From NCBI RefSeq assembly GCF_006345805.1, contig NC_043006.1, positions 70,804,001 to 70,868,000 on the forward strand: a stretch of 64,000 nucleotides of DNA, written 5' to 3'. The stretch's first letter is position 1, and every line of letters begins with the position of its first letter. The notes below the pieces were generated by a model. That model made no database searches. It was not told where the DNA came from and worked only from the letters and a program-made list of their open reading frames with translations. Source of the stretch: Octopus sinensis. Its lineage: Eukaryota. The position numbers and the translations under genes were made by a program. Below are positions 52,071 to 64,000 of the stretch, piece after piece.

Positions 52071-53477
52071 ACCTTTAGGTACATTATGTCTGAATAATAG
52101 GCAAAATTCTCATGGCTGGAGTGCTTTTGATCATGGATGTACTGGATCAGGACTGACCTAGGGCTAAACAACATGAAGACTAACGGCAGATGAAGAATCC
52201 ACACCATGTCACCATGGAAAAACAGGTGGCAAAACAGTAACAAGGAAGCCGATTATTATTGTTATGATAACATTATGGAACATCCTGATGATGACATACA
52301 ACATTCTGATGACATCATAGGACACCCTCGTGATGACATAGAACAAACGCCCTGCCATTTTGTGCCAAATTTCATCACACCTCATTATAAAATATTCTAA
52401 CCTCTTTTAGTTCTAATTATTTTCTTTTTTTATGAAATGATGGAGGTGGAAAGAGATACTGTCAATATTAGGATATGGTGTGGGGGGGGGGCATCACACA
52501 TTACTGGGTGGTGAGGTCAGAGGTGATTATTGATAATGCTTAGATAGAAAAAAGAAGATGCTTTTATCTTTATTGGGGTGGATAAACGGTATCATTAGCA
52601 ATGATGGGCTGGGGTAGATCGCTACTGTCAATCATGGTAATGGTGGGGGGGGAGGGGCAGTGTCATCATTATTTATTTTTTATTGAATATAATTATAAAT
52701 AATAACCTTATTATAATGTTCGATTGTCTAAGAGAAATCTAATAGAATAGTCTGTTCTAATGCAGTTGTCCTCAACTGGAGACCCATATGACCCTTGGGG
52801 GTCCATGTAGCATTTTGTTGTCAAAATTTATATGCAATGGCTGTGTGGTAAGAAGCTTGCTTCCCAGCCATATGATTCTAGGTTCAGTCCTATTGCGTGG
52901 CCTTGTGAGTAGATTTGGTAGACAGAAACTGAAAGAAAACTGTTGTGTGTGTGTATATATATATATATACACTTAAACGATGATGGTGATGATATATATA
53001 TATATGGATGTATATGTTTGTGTGCCTGTGTTTGTCCTCCCAAACATTAGCACGCTGGGCGAAATGCTTAGCGGTATTTCGTCTGTCTTTATGTTTTGAG
53101 TTCAAATTCTGCCGAGGTCAACTTTACCATTCATCCTTTCGGGATCGATAAATTAAGTACCAGTTGCATACTGGAGTCGATCTAATTGACTGGCCCCTTC
53201 CCTCAAAATTTGGGGCCTTGTGTCAAGAGTAGAAAAGAATATTTAATTACAAAAATATAATAGGATGTTTTTTGAATATCAAATGACTATGAGGGTCCCA
53301 AATAGTAAAATAGGAATGAAATGGATCCAGAAGTAACAAAAATGATTGAAAACCACTGGACTAATGGAAGAGTTTCATTTTATTTTTTGGGCAAGGGGCC
53401 AGTTAATTAGATTGACAGCAGTATGCAACTGATACTTAATTTATCGATCCCGAAAGGATGAAAGACAAATAGGTACT

Positions 53478-53876
53478 GGAGTGGCTGTGTGGTAAGTAGC
53501 TTGCTTACCAACCACATGGTTCCGGGTTCAGTCCCACTGCATGGCACCTTCGGCAAGTGTCTTCTACTATAGCCTCAGGTCGACCAAAACCTTGTGAATG
53601 GATTTGGTAGACAGAAAGAAGCCCATCATATATATGTATATATATATATGCATGTATGTATGTATGTTTATGTGTTTGTGTTTGCCCTCCTAACATTGCT
53701 TGACAATCGATGCTGGTGTGTTTATGTCCCCATAACTTAGTGGTTCGGCAAAAGAGACCAATAGACTAAGTACTAGACTTACAAAGAATAAGTCCTGGGA
53801 TCGATTTGCTCAACTAAAGGCGGCGCTCCAGCATGGCCACAGTCTCATGACTGAAACAAGTAAAAGAGTAAAAGAG
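53478..53876 (+). mobile_element. Full-length CORE-type tRNA-SINE
   Basis: GGAGTGGCTGTGTGGTAAG head to GTAAAAGAGTAAAAGAG tail. Confidence 0.9.
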
Positions 53877-55577
53877 AATATTGATAGGATATCTGTTCGA
53901 ATCTGCTGTAGGAATTCCTTTCTGTTCCTGACCAACAAGCTCAATTCACCTGGTTGTAAAGAGAGGAATAAGTCCCACCAGATCATCAATAAGAATGTTA
54001 CTTGTGATAGACTGATGTCCTATCCAGGTGAAATGTAATTCTCATCATTAATTCTGTTGTTTAGAGATAGAAAACTATATTTTACATTGTCACCACATTT
54101 CAGGGGCTTAACTGTCAGGAATGGGTATCATCAGATCAAAGGGAAATGTTACTTGTGGTAGACTGTCATCTTATCCAGGAGAATGATTTATCTGTTACCC
54201 ACACATGTACATGCATATGTGCATGCATGTTTGAATGTTTACAGTCTGTTGTTTGTATGAAAAAGCATTTGGCTACAAAGAAATGTAGAATGAAACTGGA
54301 AAGCAGGAAGGCTTAGTGACAGGAAGAGCACCCCATTGTAAACGCTGCCCCATTAATATGTATTTCTCTAATCCACACTTGCATGGAAAAATAAATGCAA
54401 AATGAGTGAATGAGCGAATGGAATGTGCGTGTGCGTGTGTGTGTGTGTGCATATGTGTGTGTGTACATGTGTGTGTGTACATGTGTGTATGTACATGTGT
54501 GTGCGCGCGTGTATCATTGTCGTCATCATTTAACGGCCACCTTCTATGATAGCATGGATTGGACGGTTGGACAGGCTACTGTGTCTGTTTTGGCATGTAT
54601 GTATGTATATATAATAGGTGTTCTTTGTAACTTAATACAATAAAGTGTTACCTGATAATCTAAACACAAGTGGATCTACAGCTATTGTAGTGTTCAAAAC
54701 ATGTGTAGGAACTATAATGTAAACCTGTGTTTGTCCTTATCTCTCCTGCTTGTATAAATTCATTTATTTATTTATTTATACATATGCCAGTCGTGTAATG
54801 AAATACACTCAATCCATGTCAAGATACGGTAACACCAGACAGACACAAACATAGAAAAACAGATATAAAATTTTATATTTGTAGACACACACACACGTAC
54901 ACCTTCTCTCACCTCCCCTCTCTCTCTCTCTCTCACACACACACATACACATACTCTCTCTGTTCCTTCATCTCTACTCAAAAGAGATTTCAGTTGTCTA
55001 AGGAAGATTTATCCAAATGTAACCATTCTTGAATTCTTCTCTTTTCACTTCCTTCTCTTCTTTTTGTTTTTATTGTTTGTCTAAATTATTGTTGTTGTTA
55101 TTGCTAATTACCTGTCAGTTCTAGTGTTCTTTTATGTTAGTTTTCTCTCTTTCTCTCCTTCCCTCACCTCTCTCTCTCTCTCTCTCTCTGATTACCTTAA
55201 TTAACAATTTGACTTCAATTTCTTATGATTAGGTAGTATTTTTAAGGTAATGAATGTACCAGCGCCTGTGTGCTGGTAAGAAGTGGCGGATCTAGGTGGG
55301 TGCTTGTGACATCATCCTGACACTAATGATAATCATTGAAATTCTTGTATCACCTCCTTCCCTTCCTCTCTCTCTCTCTCTCTCTCTCCCCATCTCTCCA
55401 TGACCCTCCCCCACCCTCTTCACTACTTTAGTCTGTAAGTATGTGTATGTACATGTGTTTTGTATCTATAAGGTTTCTGTGTGTGTGTGTGTGCGTGTGT
55501 GTGATGTGTTTGTGTGTATTTGTAATATGAGATGTGGTGTGTGTATATATGTATATATATCATATCCATATGTTAGC

Positions 55578-55609
<32 letters not shown>

Positions 55610-56562
55610 ACAAGTTTGAAATGTGTGTATTTATGATGTGACAGATGCACGTGTGATATGCATGTCTGTGTGCGTTGATTAGCTTTGTATGTATTTCTGT
55701 GTGATATGTTACAGTGTACCTATGATGCGTGATGTGGTGTTCAATAATGTAACTGTATGTGTCTGTCTGTCTGTGACAAGGAATGTATGATGCTATATCC
55801 ACGTATATACATGTGTATTTCTATGTGATATGGTACATGTGATTCTATACCCTTTCCTGTATATGTATATATGTATATGTATGTTTTTTTTTATAATTAT
55901 TTAAAATATTTCATCTTTGCATAAGAAAGAAGCTGGTTGCTAACAAAGAAACAAAATTCTATGGCTGAAATTTAGATAACAACAACTGCATAGAGTTACA
56001 TGTTGCATTTAAGAAAGTCTTGTATATTTTTACTGTTCCACTTACATTCTGAACTTTCAGATCACATATTAAGTAGTCTCTTTCTTTGCCTGAAAAAACT
56101 ACTTTTTCCAGACTATTCTTTAAACACTTTGTAGTAGAACTGCATGTTCTAATGTGTATAAGGACTTATGTATGTGTGTGTGTGTGTATACATGCTTAAA
56201 CCTTGTTGCGTGTATAATGCTGTGCAAGTATGTAAATTATTTGTGTGATATGCTCAAGTATATATGATGATGAACCTGTGTGTATATAATATGATCACTT
56301 CAACATCTGCTGTGTGGCACACCGTACAGGCAATGTTGATTTGATGAAAGGAGTGAGCTAATGTGTAGGTTTATTCAACAAGAAATTGCAGAACCATCTT
56401 TCTCAGACTTATGAGACTAGAAACACGTGGACAAACGAAAGAGAAAAAAGTACTTAACACATTTACTAGGAGTTACATGTATTATTTAAAACAGCTTGAT
56501 TTGGTTCCAAGTGACATCAAGTTTCACGGGCCTCATTTCATATGCACAGTATATTATTATCG

Positions 56563-56820
56563 TTTAAAACAGTTTGATTCGGCTCCAAGTTCTGCAGGCC
56601 TCTGACAAAAGCCTGTCTCTTTTAGGCTTAAATTTCCAAATGGAGAAACACATGAAGTTCAAGATCAGTACCTGCCTTGACCAATAGCAGCCTGTTTTCT
56701 GGTAGCTGTCTTAGACTTCCTGTGTTTCTCTGTTCAGAAATCTAAGCTTGAGAGAGACAAGCTTCTGTTTGAGGCCTGCAAAACTTTAAGTTGCATGGAG
56801 CCAAATCTAATTGTTTTAAA
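56563..56820. mobile_element. Foldback MITE-like element
   Basis: Inverted arms e.g. TTTAAAACAGTTTGATTCGGCTCCA / TGGAGCCAAATCTAATTGTTTTAAA and GAGAAACACATGAAGT / ACTTCCTGTGTTTCTC. Confidence 0.7.
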
Positions 56821-56879
56821 TGAAATACAATATGAAATGAAATGTTGCGCGTGTGTGTGTGTGTGCATGCGTGTGTGTG

Positions 56880-56919
<40 letters not shown>

Positions 56920-57298
56920 TGATTCTGTAGCAGTATGTATATTCTTTTATTCTTTTACTGGTTTTAGCCAGTGGCTGGGGGTCATGCTGGAGCACCGCCT
57001 TTTATATATATATATATGTAAGTGATGCAATGTGTGTGTGATACTGCAGCTGTATGTATGTATGTCTGTATGTCTCTGTGATATGACGCTGTGTATGGTG
57101 CTATAGCCCTATGTATAATATGTCTCTCTCTAAGACATGGGGCGTATGTGTCGCTGTAGCTATGATGCTGATAACCCTGTTGTTTTGTAGGCCCATGCAA
57201 GAGTTTTGGCCCGTTTATGCACAGTTCAAGATGAACTCTATCGGAATGGTCAAGTTTCACCTGTGAGTTGCTAACATATTAAACTGTGCATGCTCTCT

Positions 57299-57305
57299 CT
57301 TTCTT

Positions 57306-57380
<75 letters not shown>
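57299..57380. repeat. (CT)n microsatellite
   Basis: Direct reading. Confidence 0.95.
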
Positions 57381-57381
<1 letters not shown>

Positions 57382-57527
57382 GACTGCACGTTGCCCCACT
57401 CTTGCATGCTGCAAATCTGCTGCTGTTTAATTCACTCTGAATCTCTGATTTTTAAAAAATTCTATATATTTTTTGTATTTTGCTTTTGTTTTTATTTTTC
57501 ATCTTTCACGTATGTAGGTATGAGTTC

Positions 57528-57529
<2 letters not shown>

Positions 57530-57590
<61 letters not shown>

Positions 57591-57806
57591 TGTATATATA
57601 AATGTATATAAATATACACACCCGCACACATATACATGCATGTTGCATGCTCTGTTGTTTTGACATTTGTAATTATCAGTGCTGCATAATTATACAGTTT
57701 AATCTATTATTTTGTTGTTGTGTGTGTGTATGTGTATTGTGTTATTTATGTATGTATGTATGTATCATGTGTCCACATATATGTGAGTATATATATATAT
57801 ACACAC

Positions 57807-57883
<77 letters not shown>

Positions 57884-58014
57884 ATATGGTATATACATAT
57901 ATATACATACATATATATATATATATATATACATTATATATATATATATATATATACATGTATATATGTGTATATACATATATATACATACATAATATAT
58001 ATATATATATACAT

Positions 58015-58071
<57 letters not shown>

Positions 58072-58184
58072 TATGCATGTATATTTGTGTGTGTGTGTAT
58101 GTACAGAGAGATAGGTATAGACATGAATGTGTATGTATATGCATATATGTGTATACATACATTCACAAACACATATGTATCATG

Positions 58185-58223
<39 letters not shown>

Positions 58224-58230
58224 ATACATA
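57530..58230. repeat. Degenerate (TA)/(TG) low-complexity block
   Basis: Direct reading. Confidence 0.9.
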
Positions 58231-58933
58231 AATTATGCACACATGCACATAGTAGCATATAGCAGTATGATGTATATATTAGTAAAATTTTGTTCCCCAA
58301 GTGTCTAATGTTAGTGTGACATGAAGAGAATTTTAATTATTTATCCACGAGCAACCAGGGTGGGAGTGGAGAGCAGTAATAAGTTTATGCGAAAAATAGT
58401 TTAATTCAACAAATTTCTACTGCAATGATCACCAGTGTTTCCTGATATATTATGTATTGTTGTGTTGTTTAACCCTGTGTTAGCCCTCACTGAGTACACC
58501 TCTAGTGTTATGTGGTATGGACAATATTATTAATCTTATTAATGTATTGTTGTGTGTTATGTATTTATATTGTTTTTTTATTATTGTCTATATGTTGTCT
58601 ACTGGTGTGTGTATGTGTGTATACATATATGTTTATATAGCAATTTTGTGTATATAGATATTGTTTTCACTATTTTACTTATTTATACTGAAGCGGTAAG
58701 TATTTTTATGTATGTATATCAAATGATATATTGCACCATGTTAATGACTTGTAGGTATGTGATATTTTGTCATGCAACCATTGTATACTATAAAATATAC
58801 TAAACGTTTTTATAAGTCACTACCGTGTTCTACTGTGTTAGCAGTGCATTTTTACATTACTTGCTAAGGTTATTTCTACAGATATTCTACAGAAACTAAA
58901 CACCAAAAAGCAGTGCTGGCTATACTTTCTATA

Positions 58934-59316
58934 TACTCTTTACTCTTTTTACCTGTTTCAGTCATTTGACTGTGGCCATGCTGGATCACAGCCTTTAGTC
59001 GAGAAAATCGACTCTGGGACTTATTCTTTGTAAGCCCAGTACTTATTCTATCAGTCTCTTTTGCTGAACCACTAAGTGATGGGGACATAAGCACACCAGC
59101 ATCGGTTGTCAAGCAATGCTAGGGGAACAAACACAGACACACACACACATATATATATTTACATATATACGACAGGCTTCTTTGAGTTTCCATCTACCAA
59201 ATCCACTCACAAGGCTTTGGTCAGCCTGAGAAGACACTTGCCCAAGGTGCCACGCAGTGGTACTGAACCTGGAACCATGTGGTTGGTAAGCAAGCTACTT
59301 ACCACACAGCCACTCC
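58934..59316 (-). mobile_element. Full-length CORE-type tRNA-SINE
   Basis: Same family as 42726-43142. Confidence 0.9.
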
Positions 59317-59363
59317 TGCATTAACACATCACAGTGTCTATATCTGAACTATATATTTTTTAG

Positions 59364-59704
59364 TGTGCACATGGCTCAGTGGTTAGAGCTTTGGGCTCAC
59401 AATCATGAGATAGTGAGTTCGATTCCCAGGCCGCACTGTGTGTTGTGTTGTGTTCTTGAGCAAGACACTTCATTTCATGTTGCTCCAGTTCACCCAGCTG
59501 TAGAAATGAGTTGCAATATCATTGGTGCCAAGCTGTATCAGCTCCTTTGTCTCCAACATGGATAACATTGGTGACATGAAGAGGGGAGGCTGGTATGCAT
59601 GGGCGTCTGCTGGTCTTCCATAAACAACCTTGCCTTCACTTGCACCACGGAGGGGAACTTTCTAGATGCAATCTTATGACTGAAGGAGGTCTTTTTTTAC
59701 CCTT
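59364..59704 (+). mobile_element. V-type tRNA-SINE (different tail)
   Basis: ATGGCTCAGTGGTT A-box, GAGTTCGATTCC B-box, TTCTTGAGCAAGACACTT core; 12-bp direct repeat TATCTGAACTAT at 59341 and 59705. Confidence 0.75.
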
Positions 59705-59976
59705 TATCTGAACTATGATATATATTTCACACACACACACACACGCAAGTGATCAGTTGAAAGGAAATAGCTCTCAGTGCAGTCAAGTTTCGTAGGTGCA
59801 GATCATGTCCACATCCTCGGATGCACATATATATGTGTGTGTGTGTGCAAATCCTATAAAGAATTAAGGACAAAGTGTAGAGAAAGATGTTTATTGTGGC
59901 CAAAAATGTCTCTACAGTTTACTTTGTGTTTCATATTAGCAGTCTGCAGAATCTATGAAGGATTTTGAAAAACATT

Positions 59977-60012
<36 letters not shown>

Positions 60013-61259
60013 GAGAGAGAAAGAGAGAGAAGATTATATTAACAGAGACCAATATTTCTGGTGAGTAAGGAGGAAGTTAAATGTAAATATCTATTTCATG
60101 AGAGCTGCTGTGATTAGCAGAAATTTCATTTAGGGATTTAGTTTCCTGGTAGGGGGTCACCTGGACCCTGTCCTCATTCTCCTACTGTCTACTGTAGCTT
60201 TTTATGAAATAATGCTAGAGTTTGAGATTAGATGTTCTAAGAAAACGTTTATTCTCTGAAGACTTAGGTGTGGCTCCTCGCCTTGCCAGCTCCAGTCAAA
60301 TCTGCCAACCCATGCCAGCATGGAAAACACACATCAAATGATAATAATGAATGATAACGATGACCTGCATCTCATTGTACAACCTACTGAATAAAGTTCC
60401 ACACAGTGTAACCTCTGGCAGCGTGACAGAGTAGCAGAACTTGAAATTCATTTACTAATTAACAAGAAGTATTAAATACCAACAGACAGAGAGATGAGGA
60501 GGGGTGAGTGAGCACAAAATCATAGTCTCATTTTAGGCAGTGGCCTTGCTCAACAAGTAATTTGGTACAAACTTAGTACAACTGTTTTATATTCATGTCT
60601 TATATACATGACAAATAACCTCTGTTTGGTTATGTAATGTGAGTCTTCCCCAGCAGTGAAATTGCCCCTATCTAATTACAGAGCAGGGCAGTTTATAGAT
60701 GGAGCATTGTGGATTACTCTTTTCTAATATTAGAGTAGGTTTCTCCCACTATTATGCATGTGTGTGAGGAACTATCCCAGTTTAGTCATTGAGTGTGGTC
60801 ACTCCTATGTAGCTACTGAGTGGAACAGTCTCTGGCTGGTGGTAGTGAAGTGAAGTGATCCATTCATCCCCAGTGTTCTGCTGGTGTGTTGGTCAGCCCT
60901 TATTTAGTGATGAAATGGGACTTCTTCATGCATAGACAAATATATTCATGCAGGCAATTACATACCCTCTGAACACACACACACACACTCACAGCATTGA
61001 CGTGCATATTGTTTTCTCCAGCTCATTCATGTACTTGGGTCTTTCTGTAGTTTTGAGTTACTTTGAGTGGGTGACTGTATGATTGAGAGCATGTTTGAGA
61101 GAGCCACCATAAACAGTAGTAGTTTCCAGTATAATTCCCTGAGGGACACTGTTTAGTATCAATGCCTCCTAGAGAGGGCCCCATTGACTGCAGCTGTCTG
61201 CCTCTTACCAACAATGCCAAAGTTACATCCTTTGTGACACATCATCTCATGACCAATAC

Positions 61260-61463
61260 AGTTCTATATTTAAGAGATGAGGAATTATGTACATTATTTA
61301 TATTATTTAAATTTCACTGATATTTGTCCTAATCTTGTTTGTTGTTAACATTTCGGCTGATATACCCTCCAGCTTTTATCAGGTGTCTTGAGGAAATTTC
61401 GAACCTAGGTTCCCTTTCCTAAGGTATTTTTCAATGTTATTATTATTATTATCATTATTATTA

Positions 61464-61520
<57 letters not shown>

Positions 61521-61769
61521 TCACTACGCCGTATGCCCATGGGCATATGTCGTAGTGGTTAAGAGCGTGGGCTACTAACCCCAAGATTCCGAGTTCAATT
61601 CCAAGCAGTGACCTAAATAATAATAATAATAATAACATTGAAAAATACCTTAGGAATGAGAACCCAGGTTCAAAATTTCCCCAAGACACCTGACGAAGTC
61701 TGGAGGATATGTCAGCCGAAACATTTTAACAACAAACAAGATGAAGACAAGTATCCGTCAAATGTAAAT
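61260..61769. mobile_element. Head-to-head inverted pair of family A tRNA-hammerhead elements
   Basis: Centre palindrome TATGCCCATGGGCATA (61532-61547); plus arm has full tRNA-like head and CTGACGA...CCGAAAC at 61685-61727; minus arm has a decayed motif at 61345-61387. Confidence 0.8.
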
Positions 61770-61789
61770 AATGAAAATAATGTCATGAC

Positions 61790-62425
61790 CAACTTTGTCA
61801 AAAGTCTTGGCACAGTGAAGGTATATCACACTCACATTTGAACAGTTGACCTGTTGTTTCAGTAACCAGTCATAATACTGTTGTAGTTGTATGAGGCAGC
61901 TCCCTCCTGGCCAGAAGCCATGTTGTGTGTGTTAATGAACAAGTTATTTTCTAGGAACATTATCAGCTTCCTTCTGACACTACATTCCACAGCTTTAACT
62001 TGTGAAGTCAGAGAGAGAAGCCTGTAATTTTTATCATCTGCTCTCACTCCTCCTTTGTGAACAGGATATTTGAAACCTTAACTGGAAAACTGTCAGGGCC
62101 CATGGCTGAGTTCAGACTCATCTCATCAATGTCAATATAATTGATGATTTCCTCTTCCCTGTGTGGATCTGCTGTGTTGAAAAACTCACCAAGCTTGCTT
62201 ATTTGTATATTTCCAAGTTTGGAGGTAAAAACAATTTGGAATTGTTTATTTAGTAGTACACTTACCCCTGTGGAGTCTGCAGTCACTGGACTGTTTTCTT
62301 CAAACAGTGAGTGGCCCTATCTTGTTGTGCACCGAGGCATATTCTTTTGCAAATTTGTAGAAGGCCTTAGGTTTTGTTTTCATATTTTCAACTGCCCTGG
62401 TTTCTCTTTCTTCCCTTTATTTTTC
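61790..62425 (-). mobile_element. CR1-clade LINE ORF2 remnant
   Basis: RAVENMKTKPKAFYKFAK...KIGPL, LLNKQFQIVFT, SAMGPDSFP, KNYRLLSLTS, TQHGFWPGGSCLIQL across frames. Confidence 0.8.
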
Positions 62426-62427
62426 AA

Positions 62428-64000
62428 AGATGGGTGCAAGGGTCCTGGAGTTCTCTGATGCAACTGATTTACCAATTTGCAACACAGACTTTAGGAAACT
62501 AGCCAACCACATTTCACCACTTACCAATCTGGCAAACACACAAGTCAGATAAATTACATTCTCACCAAGGAGCAGGGCAGAAGGGTTACTGTAAAAACTC
62601 AAACCATACCTGGTGGAGAATGCACTATACAATATAGATTGATGGCTAGTGACTTCAAAGTCAGAGCTAGGAAGATGTATAAATGAAAGATGACATGGAG
62701 AAGAATGATATGGAATTGGAAAAGACCTTACAATTGGGAATAGATTGACACATTTCACTGTAGAGAGAAATATTTAGATACTTGATGTGTAGATAACAAC
62801 TTTACTCTCTTTTACTGGTTTCAGTCATTTGACTGTGGCCATGCTGGAGCACCATCTTTAGTTGAGCAAATCGACCCCAGGACTTATTCTTTGTAAGCCT
62901 AGTACTTATTCTATCGGTCTCTTTTGCCAAACCGCTATGTTACGGGGACTTAAACACACCAGCATCGGTTGTCAAGTGATGTTGGGGGGACAAACACAGA
63001 CACACAAACTTATACACATACATATATACAATGGGCTTCTTTCAGTTTCCGTTTACCAAGTCCACTCACAAGGCTTTGGTCGGCCCAAGGCTATAGTAGA
63101 AGACACTTGCCCAAGGTGCCATGCAGTGGGACTGAACACGGAACCATGTGGTTGGTAAACAAGCTACTTACCACACAGCCACTCCTACGCCAATGGGAAT
63201 TTCTGTGAAATAACCTGCTTAGATCTACAGATCAGACAAGCTAATTTAATATGGTGGTGGACATGGTTGAGAAGACAGTAAGCAGCTAGGTGATTTGATA
63301 ATTGGCTAATGGGAGAAATTTTCACCTGTCTTGCAATGTGAGAATCAGAGGTATGAAGTATTCAGAATTGCCAGGTAATGTGTTAGAGAGAACCAAGATG
63401 TCATTGGTGAGAGGTGTCTTTGGAATGATGAAGGCATCCTTACTATTGAGATGGAAGACAAGAAAATGGTATGGAAGTATTATTATGAGAGGTTATTGAA
63501 TGTGTATAGCACAAGGGGCTACCTTGTGCTGACCCTTCAGCACCAGTCATTCATGTTGAAAGCAGCATTGTAGATACACTGATTAAAGACATGGATAGAG
63601 GAAAAGCAGTGAGTCCATCAGGGACAGTTGCAAATGTACTCAAAATATTTGGTGAGATAGGATATATTATTAACTCCAGGATAGCTAAGTTATAAGAATA
63701 AGTCATACCCAATGACTGATATAGCAGTATCATTGTAAACTGCTACAAAGGCAAAGGAAACACCTTAAAGGAAAACATCTGTGATTTTGTGCCTGGAAGA
63801 GGTACCAGGGATACAATCTTCCTAATAAAGCAATTGCAGGAAAAATACTTGACTAAGAGTGAGCCATTATTCTTGGCCTTCATTGACCTGAAGAAGGCAC
63901 TTGTCTAGGTACCAGTTACATCTGGTGGTCACCAAGGAAACAAGGTGTTGATGATTGGCTTAGGAGGGTTGTAGAAGCCTTGTACAAAGATGCATTAAGT
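62428..64000 (+). mobile_element. RTE-clade LINE remnant (endonuclease C-terminal part, linker, RT start), interrupted by a SINE
   Basis: GARVLEFSDATDLPICNTDFRK, TYQSGKHTSQINYIL, PGGEC; NQDVIGERCLWNDEG...WKYYYERLLN; YKGKG; FVPGRGTRDTIFLIKQLQEKYL...AFIDLKKA. Confidence 0.85.
62801..63185 (-). mobile_element. Full-length CORE-type tRNA-SINE inserted in the RTE remnant
   Basis: Same family as 42726-43142. Confidence 0.9.

Noticed and set aside
56673-56688. 16-nt match to my recollection of the human gamma-globin CCAAT box (TGCCTTGACCAATAGC)
   Set aside because: It lies in the loop of a foldback element with no other similarity, so a chance match is assumed.
61541-61614. tRNA gene calls for SINE heads (here and at 28288, 43351, 53478, 59364)
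   Set aside because: A/B boxes are present but there is no complete acceptor stem, and each head runs into a SINE body.
65-63733. Most ORFs in the supplied six-frame track ([16 protein letters not shown], poly-V/L/N peptides)
   Set aside because: They are read-throughs of di-, tri- and tetranucleotide repeats or SINEs, with no domain signatures.

Overview
Eukaryotic, AT-rich, very repeat-dense non-coding DNA, most consistent with an Octopus (cephalopod) genome. That assignment rests on my recognition of its tRNA-derived SINE families and microsatellite load; no database search was run. I could not identify any host protein-coding gene, true tRNA/rRNA gene or CRISPR array, and nearly all supplied ORFs are microsatellite read-throughs. 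The window holds dozens of SINE copies (CORE-type, Meta-type, V-type and a tandem-unit type) and decayed LINE ORF2 fragments (Tx1/L1-like ~48.3-49.1 kb, CR1-like ~61.8-62.4 kb, RTE-like 62.4-64 kb). It also holds a mariner-derived foldback, hAT, piggyBac and Tc1 MITEs (several with clear TSDs), Helitron/Helentron-type non-autonomous elements, and two long foldback hairpins. The most interesting signal is a set of at least three sequence-unrelated small retroelement families that each carry a minimal type I hammerhead ribozyme fold (27.3, 40.1, 42.3, 61.3/61.7 kb, plus a decayed one at 51.5 kb). Two of these families occur as inverted duplications resembling Penelope-like pseudo-LTRs, and one is fused behind a tRNA-derived Pol III SINE head.
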